A stretch of DNA of 64,000 nucleotides from Anaerolineae bacterium (lineage in GTDB: Bacteria > Chloroflexota > Anaerolineae > Aggregatilineales > JAFGMM01): assembly GCA_027494055.1 (NCBI GenBank), contig JAOSJO010000022.1, positions 584,893-648,892 on the forward strand. The letters are read 5' to 3'. The stretch's first letter is position 1. Each line of letters opens with the position of its first letter. The notes beneath the pieces were generated by a model, which saw only the letters and a list, made by a program, of their open reading frames with translations, searched no databases and was not told where the DNA came from. This document shows positions 58,204 through 64,000 of this stretch, in pieces. Position numbers and translations under genes: made by a program.

Positions 58204-58329
58204 CGGCCCGCCGCCGGGCATCCCCGCGCTCATGGCGGTGCTGACGCTCTCGGCGCTGCCGCTGATTATCGTCCATATCCTGGCGCAAGAGCGCGTCATC
58301 GAAGGGATGGTGGCCGGCGCGCTCACGCG
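58202..58329 (+). pseudogene. Remnant: last ~35 codons of a carbohydrate ABC permease (MalG/UgpE-like)
   Basis: The open frame GIPALMAVLTLSALPLIIVHILAQERVIEGMVAGAL matches the usual permease C-terminus. It begins directly at the SRPBCC stop codon, with no upstream body. Confidence 0.55.
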
Positions 58330-58452
58330 ATTGAGGTCATGGTCGGCAATTCGTCGCGCGACATACACTGCACCGGGTCGTTCGAGATCACCGGTGCGGT
58401 CACGGACATCAGCGCCGACAAGGCGTTCTTCAGCAAGGTGGAAGTGCGCTAG
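58330..58452 (+). pseudogene. Remnant: last 40 codons of a glycoside hydrolase family 3-like gene
   Basis: IEVMVGNSSRDIHCTGSFEITG.. ends in a stop. The (V)GxSSRDI..G.F pattern is typical of GH3 beta-glucosidase C-termini. There is no upstream body. Confidence 0.5.
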
Positions 58453-58492
58453 ACGCGCGCGGCGGGCCTGACGGCCGGCGCAGGCAAAGCAT

Positions 58493-58522
58493 AAGGGGGT
58501 CGGCGTGCATGCCGACCCCCTT
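58493..58522. terminator. 12-bp-stem hairpin between the gene remnants and the tRNA fragment
   Basis: AAGGGGGTCGGC-GTGCAT-GCCGACCCCCTT. Confidence 0.45.
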
Positions 58523-58551
58523 CGTATTCCGACAACGGGACAAATAAAAAG

Positions 58552-58605
58552 AGCGGGCGACGGGATTCGAACCCGTGACCTTCTCCTTGGCAAGGAGACG
58601 TGCCC
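58552..58605 (-). pseudogene. 3-prime fragment of tRNA-Gly(GCC): anticodon arm, variable loop, T arm and 3-prime acceptor strand only
   Basis: The reverse complement reads GGGCACG-TCTCC-TTGCCAA-GGAGA-AGGT-CACGG(G)TTCGAATCCCGT-CGCCCGC-T. The upstream 20 nt has a degenerate D-arm look (GGCTCATTTGTGGGC), but no 5-prime strand can pair with CGCCCGC. It is followed by CTTTTTATTTG. Confidence 0.75.
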
Positions 58606-58694
58606 ACAAATGAGCCTGATTAACCGCCACCCCTGGCGTTGCTGAAAGTCCGTACCGCCACCCATAGGGGGTGACGTTCGGAACTCCTGTTCTG

Positions 58695-58753
58695 ACAGCA
58701 ACCGTACAGCAACGTGCCAGGGTGTTAAGGTGCTGACACCACTCTACAGCAAC
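58695..58753 (+). repeat. Three direct copies of ACAGCAAC near the island end
   Basis: Copies at 58695-58702, 58706-58713 and 58746-58753; the last two are TACAGCAAC. Confidence 0.6.
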
Positions 58754-58930
58754 CTTTGCCCACGCTATATGGTACGGAGGTACTCGCGTAAGGAGCTAAT
58801 TCAACCTTAACCCATCCTCAAGCCCCGAAACAGCGAAAGTGGGGTACTTTGTCGCCATGAGTGCCACGTGCCGTCGTAGCTTGACCAGGGGTTGAGCGCG
58901 ACGGGGCGCACGGGCAATGTCCCGGCAGGA

Positions 58931-58965
58931 CCGGTCAGCCAACAGGTTGACCGGTTTTTGTTTTT
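58931..58965 (+). terminator. Rho-independent terminator upstream of the first island gene
   Basis: CCGGTCA-10 nt-TGACCGG followed by TTTTTGTTTTT. Confidence 0.65.
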
Positions 58966-59028
58966 AGCTGGAAAAGCCAAGCGCCCGTTTGGGCGGGCGC
59001 TGGCAAGTGGACTTCTCAGGAGATTGGC

Positions 59029-59486
59029 ATGTGCAACTATGACACCAAACCCGACGAATTGCAACCCCCGGCCTGTTCGACCACATCCGCGACCTTGACG
59101 GCTTTCTCGCAACCCTGCACACACATAGCGTGCGCAGCATCATTCTCACGTCGGATAGCCCGGCGGCGCGCAACCTAGAAACGATCTGCGAAGACGCTGG
59201 CATCGATGCGAAAGTCCACATTGGGAGTGTAGCCGGCCTGTCGAACGCCGCCCGCGAAGCGCTTTTGCAACGCAGCGAAGCGACGCTTGCGCGTGTGTTG
59301 GATGCTCTTCTATACGTGGGCTTTTCTGAGCCTTTTGAGCTACGGGCGGCGTTGGCATCCCTTGAGCAACTCAACATCACAATCAGTGAATACACTCTGC
59401 GAGCCGCCTTGCGGCGAGCGCAAGGATTGGGCCTCCCAATCCTTGCTGGGGACAAGGGAGAATTATGTTGCGAATTTTCACGGTGA
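59029..59486 (+). CDS. Island hypothetical protein with a probable frame break in the C5 run at 59065-59069
   Basis: AGGAG lies 8 nt before the ATG at 59029 (MCNYDTKPDELQP). The protein-like frame ..GLFDHIRDLDGFLATLHTHSVRSIILTSDSPAARNLE.. (track ORF 59130-59486) has no start of its own upstream of the GTG at 59130. Confidence 0.4.
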
Positions 59487-59521
59487 AAAAGAAACCGTGA
59501 AATTCTGCAACCCAATTCGGC

Positions 59522-60265
59522 GTGGTCCGAAGGCGAAGCGCTACAAAGGTGCCCACGCCTGAGGAGATTTGCCGCATTCTCGGCATTGAGCCTGACCGCT
59601 CTGACCCCTTGCCCCAAGAAGCGTTCACCAGCAATCGTGCATACCGCGCGCACGTTCACCGTGCCTTTGTCCGCGCCAATCCGGGTGAACACCCCCTGCG
59701 CGACCTCGCGGTGCGCGTTGGGGTTGATCGACGCACGATCATCAATTACGAGAAGCACGTCGTCACAGACGTATACAGGAAACCGCGTTGCAAGCGCCGA
59801 CCATTGCGTCGCGTGGCCGATTTGCCTGACCTGTTCGTGCGCAAGGGCAAGAAATGCGGCAAACCGCAAGCGCGCGGCTATTGGCTCGAAGCTGGCGGGA
59901 AGCGGTACGCACCCACGCGGGGCAACGCCGCCATGCTCCTGGGTGAGGGGTTCGCTGTCGATTTATGCCGGCAGACGGCTTCGTTTCGATATGTTGACGC
60001 TTCCGCCAGCAGAACGTCGAAGGCGGTTACGCCAGCGGAACAAGGGGCAAGGGCAATGAGCAGAGCGCAGCAATTCCTATTGCCAACGATGAAAGCAAAC
60101 GATCCGCCAGCAGAACCGGAAGCGCCCGCCGACGCCGAATCCGTTCCGCTCAGTTCCCTTGACCCCAAAACGCCACACCTACGTGAAGCGCAAGAGCCTT
60201 TGCCAATGAGTAGAGAGGGTGTTACCATAGCACGCAACGAACGATATTATCTTCACGGTTACTAA
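59522..60265 (+). CDS. Island protein with a helix-turn-helix-like segment; the N-terminus may extend upstream through a frame break
   Basis: ..VPTPEEICRILGIE.. and ..PLRDLAVRVGVDRRTIINYEKH.. resemble HTH motifs. The frame of track ORF 59287-59562 ends ..RRGPKAKRYK just before it. Confidence 0.45.
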   Translation: MVRRRSATKVPTPEEICRILGIEPDRSDPLPQEAFTSNRAYRAHVHRAFVRANPGEHPLRDLAVRVGVDRRTIINYEKHVVTDVYRKPRCKRRPLRRVADLPDLFVRKGKKCGKPQARGYWLEAGGKRYAPTRGNAAMLLGEGFAVDLCRQTASFRYVDASASRTSKAVTPAEQGARAMSRAQQFLLPTMKANDPPAEPEAPADAESVPLSSLDPKTPHLREAQEPLPMSREGVTIARNERYYLHGY

Positions 60266-60368
60266 ACTTATGCTAGCGGTGATGTAGAAAGCGTGGGGGC
60301 GTTTCGGCGTAACGCAAAGTGAGAGAACCCGCCTTGTGCGGGGGCAAACGAAAAAGGGAAGGTGTGAT

Positions 60369-61196
60369 ATGGCGTACAAAACAGAGCAATTGACGAATCA
60401 GATCGACGGTGCAATCGACGGGTTCCTGAGCGAACGGCAAACGATCCTTGACGACGTGCGGTACTCACAGGAATACAAGTTGGAGAAAATCGCCGAACTC
60501 GAACCAACTGTAAGGGAGCGCGTGATTGCCGACGCGCAAAGGCTTTGGGGCGCGCCGGTTCCGAATGACGCCAATGGCCTGACTTGGCGCTTGGACGGCG
60601 GCGTTGTGTGGCAGGAAAGCGAACGCCTGAAAGACGCGCTTCTGCTGGCGGAACAGAAGGCAGAAGAGCCGGACATTCCGCCCAGCGTCGCGTTGCATAA
60701 CCAAGCCCGTGCAGCGGCGATTACCGCCCGCAACACCAGCAACCCCGACGAATTCATGAAAGCGTATGAGGGTGCGCCGCCGTTGACGCGCAACGCCTTG
60801 CAAGACTATTTCGTGATGCCCGGCGTGGCGCGGCTTGATGACAAGTTGGATTGGTTTTCGGTTTATCGCCGGCTCGAACGTGACCGCCAAGCGCGTTTGA
60901 CCACACCGGAAGTGCAGGCGGCGCAACGCGCTATGGACGAATTCGCTACCCTCTTGACCCCGGCATTTGCCGCGCTCGAACGGGTGAACCGCCAGTTTGG
61001 GCGCTCTAGCGATGTGCCCAAGCGCATTCTGCGCAACGTCGAAGTACACCGGGAAGTCAACGCCGAACGTCTGGAAGAGCGTGTTTGGTATACAAAGAAG
61101 GTTACAGACGTGGGCGGCTTCGAAACAGGCGCGCAAAAGTCTAGACGCGAAGCCCGAATGCAACTACAGCCAGAAGACGGGATGCGGTTTGGCTAG
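60369..61196 (+). CDS. Island hypothetical protein (275 aa)
   Basis: An intact ORF starting MAYKTEQLTNQIDG... It is helical and charged in composition, and no family was recognised. Confidence 0.5.
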   Translation: MAYKTEQLTNQIDGAIDGFLSERQTILDDVRYSQEYKLEKIAELEPTVRERVIADAQRLWGAPVPNDANGLTWRLDGGVVWQESERLKDALLLAEQKAEEPDIPPSVALHNQARAAAITARNTSNPDEFMKAYEGAPPLTRNALQDYFVMPGVARLDDKLDWFSVYRRLERDRQARLTTPEVQAAQRAMDEFATLLTPAFAALERVNRQFGRSSDVPKRILRNVEVHREVNAERLEERVWYTKKVTDVGGFETGAQKSRREARMQLQPEDGMRFG

Positions 61197-61198
61197 CT

Positions 61199-61354
61199 AT
61201 GCGCAGGACGTGTGAACATTGCGGTGAGGAATTCCACGCCCCAACGTCACGGGCGGTTTATTGCTCAGGACGTTGCCGGGTAGCAGCATTCCGCCAGCGC
61301 AAGCGGGCACAGGAGGGGGAAGGCGTCGCTCTTGACCCTTCCCCCTCCCCTTGA
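61199..61354 (+). CDS. Small zinc-ribbon protein (51 aa; below the ORF-track cutoff)
   Basis: MRRTCEHCGEEFHAPTSRAVYCSGRCRVAAFRQRKRAQEG.. carries the CxxC...YCSxxCRxxAxRxR pattern common in phage and mobile-element small proteins. It starts 2 nt after the preceding stop. Confidence 0.5.
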   Translation: MRRTCEHCGEEFHAPTSRAVYCSGRCRVAAFRQRKRAQEGEGVALDPSPSP

Positions 61355-61695
61355 CCCAAGCGTTGCGCCGGATGCAAACCCCTTGCGCATACCGCCGGGT
61401 GAAAGCGTGTTCACCCCCGTCACCCAACATGAGCGCAGGCTGCTCAGTCGCACCGTCCTGTCAATCGATCCCCCACGCCGTCAGGAACGCCCCCAGACGC
61501 GCCTAGGCCGGCGTAGGCCGGCGCAAATGAGCAAAGCCATATCAGAACACCTTGCATTCGTCACAATCGATCCTACGCGCAACGCGCCATGCGGTACGCA
61601 CAGCAATGATCGTTGGAACGGCTTGACAACACCCCAAAGTGTGCTAAAATAGGTTATGATATTGCAGGTTAACGTTACCAAAGCAAGGCAAAGCC

Positions 61696-62613
61696 ATGAG
61701 CAACAAAGCGATAGTCAGCACGCTACCGGAACCCATACGGCAGGCACGGCAAGCGACCCTAGACAGCCTGTCAAGCGCCAACAGCAAGCGGGCGTATGCG
61801 CGTGACATCGACGCCTATTTTTCTTGGGCGCAAGCGCGCGGTTTGCCCCCGTTCAATTTGGCAACCCTCGAAAGCTACAAAGCTGACCTTCTGAAAAATT
61901 CCAAGTCGGCACACACGGTAAATCGATATTTGGTTTCCATTCGGGCGCTGCTGAAAAAGTTTGGTCAGCTTTTTCCTGAGGCGCGTGAGCAAGCTGAAAT
62001 CGCCAGCGAAGTCAGCAACGTCAAGCAATTTGGGCAGGCTGTGGGCACGCGGCTTTCTTTGCAGGAAGCACAGGCGATTGTGGACGCCCCCGCAAAAGAC
62101 ACGCTTGCCGGCTTGCGTGACCGGGCGTTGCTCGCCGTGCTGTTTGGCTGCCTTTTGCGCCGGCAGGAGATTGTCGATCTGCACTGGTCGCAACTCAGGC
62201 AGGTTGACGGTCACTGGTGCTTTGTGGACATCCGGGGCAAGGGCAACCGGGTACGCACGGTCAAGGTAGAAGCGTGGGTGTATCGCCGCTTGATGGAATA
62301 CGCCGAAAGCGCCGCGCTGGACACGAACGGAGAGGGGTGTGTATTCGTGCGTTTGGGCAAGGGTGATAGGGTGATTGGCGAGCAGATCACAACCCAAGCC
62401 GTCTACAGGGCGCTTAAGCGCTATGCCCCTGACATCTCGCCACACGACGCCCGGCGCACCGGGGCGCACCTTGCACGCAAACACGGCGCACCCCTTGAAC
62501 AAATTCAGCATACGCTTGGGCACGCCAGTATCGTCACCACAGAACGCTATACCGCCATGCCGATTGACCTTGACAACAGCGCAACCGGGTACATTGGCCT
62601 GAGCGGGCGCTGA
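61696..62613 (+). CDS. Tyrosine recombinase/integrase (XerC/XerD-like)
   Basis: N-terminal SAM-like domain. Catalytic residues occur in order: ..LLRRQEI.., ..GKGNRVRTV.., HDARRTGAH, LGHASIVTTERY. Confidence 0.9.
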   Translation: MSNKAIVSTLPEPIRQARQATLDSLSSANSKRAYARDIDAYFSWAQARGLPPFNLATLESYKADLLKNSKSAHTVNRYLVSIRALLKKFGQLFPEAREQAEIASEVSNVKQFGQAVGTRLSLQEAQAIVDAPAKDTLAGLRDRALLAVLFGCLLRRQEIVDLHWSQLRQVDGHWCFVDIRGKGNRVRTVKVEAWVYRRLMEYAESAALDTNGEGCVFVRLGKGDRVIGEQITTQAVYRALKRYAPDISPHDARRTGAHLARKHGAPLEQIQHTLGHASIVTTERYTAMPIDLDNSATGYIGLSGR

Positions 62614-62731
62614 TGCAGGTGTCTTGGACGTGGCAGGCGACACCCATGGGGGGGTTCCGTGTAGGGTTGCGCCGCGCCGCGCGTTTGACTGACCGCCATT
62701 CGTGTGGAACATTGCACGTTGGTAGAAAACT

Positions 62732-63034
62732 ATGCCGGGAGGCAGAAAAATCAGGGATGGAGCAATGAGTGAGCGAAGAATTTGGGTTGATCCGGTAGAC
62801 GGGAGCATCGTTTACGTGGCGCTGGGTGGGCGCGGGGTCTGGAAGACTACCGACGCCGGCCTTTCGTGGGAACAGATTTACAAACCGGCTCCCGGCGAGA
62901 ATGTGCTTCGCGTATGGGGACACCCTAACAACTCGAAGTATCTCATCATCGCTGACGCGCACGCCGGGACGAGCATCCTGAAGGCGAGCGACGACGGCGG
63001 CGAGACGTGGGTTGACAAGCGCGGCGACCTTTAG
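62732..63034 (+). pseudogene. Fragment of a BNR/Asp-box repeat (Ycf48/sialidase-like beta-propeller) protein
   Basis: Asp-box motifs TTDAGLSW and SDDGGETW occur within only ~90 codons. There is no signal peptide or full propeller. Confidence 0.4.
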
Positions 63035-63149
63035 CGGGACATCGCGCCCGCTTGATCCTCTGAAACATTCCGTGCAAGATATTCGGTAGAAAACACACAT
63101 TCGATGTATACTGGACAAAGCGCCCTACCTGCCACAGCAGGAGCGGCTT

Positions 63150-63852
63150 ATGAGACGGCTGTTGCTGATTGTGCTATCGGTGCTTGTTCCTACTGCCTGC
63201 AACCCACAAAGTGAAGCGCCTGTTTTGGACATCAACGAAATCGCGACACAGACCGCCGCCGCATTGCCCACAGCCCTACAGCCGCCAACCGATACACCCC
63301 TTCTGCCGGCAGAAACGCCGACTGAGGCTTTCACACCTACGCACACTAGCATACCAACACTTGCGCCCACACAACCCGCAATTGTCACAGCCAACGTTGA
63401 TACCACGTTGCGCACTGGTCCAGGTGAGAACTATCCGGCAACTGCCAACATGCCAAAGGGCAAATCCTTTGAGGCGAAGGGGCGGAACGATGGGGGTGAC
63501 TGGATTTACTTGGGCAACGGTATATGGGTTTCTTCGTGGGATGTCTCTTTAGCAGGCGACTTGTACACACTGCCAATTGAGATACCGCCGCCGTCGCCTA
63601 CGCCCGCGCCGCCTACATCGACCCCTTACCCTACCCGACTGCCGGCAACACGTACCCCGTTGCCCACCGCCGCCGCCGCCCATTGCTGTACCAACGTTGC
63701 CGCCGCCGCCCGCAGGTGGCCTATGCCAACACAACAGGTGCGATGAGATGACCAGTTGCGAAGAGGCATATGCATGTCTCAACGCCGGCAACCGCGATCT
63801 GGACAGGGACGGTGACGGTGTTCCATGTGAAAGCATCTGTCCCGGCGGTTAG
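63150..63852 (+). CDS. Lipoprotein with an SH3b-like domain, a Pro/Thr linker and a C-terminal Excalibur Ca-binding domain; frame break near 63665
   Basis: Lipobox LVPTAC. SH3b-like stretch NVDTTLRTGPGENYPATANMPKGKSFEAKGRNDGGDWIYL. The Excalibur motif CEEAYACLNAGNRDLDRDGDGVPCE lies in the frame of track ORF 63577-63852. Confidence 0.65.
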
Positions 63853-63884
63853 GCGCGCAGTCGAGTACCGGCTTGGTTTGTGGT

Positions 63885-64000
63885 TTAGTACCCGCTTTGC
63901 ACCAACACCCTATCAATCGCTTTCGCTGCAATGCTGTCTTGTCCCTTAAGGGCATGGGCATAGACCCTCATGGTAATGCCGGGATTGGCGTGACCCAAAC
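63885..64000 (-). CDS. Tyrosine recombinase/integrase, C-terminal end (partial; continues beyond the window)
   Basis: The reverse-strand translation is LGHANPGITMRVYAHALKGQDSIAAKAIDRVLVQSGY-stop. This contains the conserved LGH....T...Y motif with the catalytic Tyr. Confidence 0.7.
   Translation of the reverse strand, partial: LGHANPGITMRVYAHALKGQDSIAAKAIDRVLVQSGY

Larger units (their letters stand above)
58552..64000. mobile_element. Lower-GC mosaic genomic island bounded on the left by the displaced tRNA-Gly 3-prime fragment; the right boundary is beyond the window
   Basis: Supporting features are the att-like tRNA fragment, direct-repeat motifs, unassigned HTH and hypothetical genes, two tyrosine recombinases (61696-62613 plus strand; 63885 to beyond 64000 minus strand), truncated genes, and base composition visibly lower than the backbone. 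Confidence 0.55.

Noticed and set aside
58552-58626. Possible intact tRNA-Gly gene
   Set aside because: No 5-prime acceptor strand is complementary to CGCCCGC, and the D-loop lacks the conserved GG. Only the 3-prime two thirds is tRNA-like, so it is called a fragment or att scar instead.
58964-59869. 301-aa minus-strand ORF in the island
   Set aside because: Its translation is Arg/Ser/Cys-rich with no motifs. The plus-strand frames over the same DNA give more protein-like sequences, with an RBS-preceded ATG and HTH-like segments.

Overview
High-GC bacterial chromosomal segment. The gene content (spoVS, many secreted WD40/SH3 proteins, a 14-subunit nuo operon with enlarged subunits) suggests a Chloroflexota-like organism, but that is inference only. 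From left to right the window holds: (1) an IS4/IS701-like insertion sequence flanked by a 25-bp palindromic direct repeat, next to a small HTH gene and tRNA-Gln(CUG). (2) A sugar-conversion cluster (TIM-barrel isomerase, Gfo/Idh/MocA oxidoreductase, PMI-like cupin). (3) A P-type ATPase, an HD-domain hydrolase, spoVS, trxA, a serC-like/serA-like pair, an M28 peptidase and an aldo-keto reductase. (4) A family-5 peptide/nickel ABC importer (SBP, permease, fused double ATPase, permease) and a DUF427 gene. (5) A REC-GAF-histidine kinase plus OmpR-type regulator operon. (6) A cluster of secreted proteins: a 1098-aa Vps62-like protein ending in six 67-aa tandem repeats, and two WD40 proteins. (7) A methyltransferase, a sortase, three tandem zinc-ribbon/FHA paralogs and a 52-codon Flp pilin gene that is absent from the ORF track. 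(8) A visibly AT-rich islet carrying a Panacea/DUF4065 antitoxin-like gene coupled to an unassigned small ORF. (9) A complete nuoA-N operon on the minus strand, with a GNAT gene between nuoE and nuoF and a roughly 100-aa insertion in NuoH. (10) HEAT, bicupin, SPFH and SRPBCC genes. (11) Gene remnants, a displaced 3-prime tRNA-Gly fragment, and a lower-GC mosaic island with two tyrosine recombinases that runs off the window end. About 20 otherwise well-conserved genes carry single-base frame breaks, mostly at short G/C runs. This looks like indel sequencing error rather than mass pseudogenisation. Many long ORFs in the track are antisense shadows typical of GC-rich DNA and were not called.
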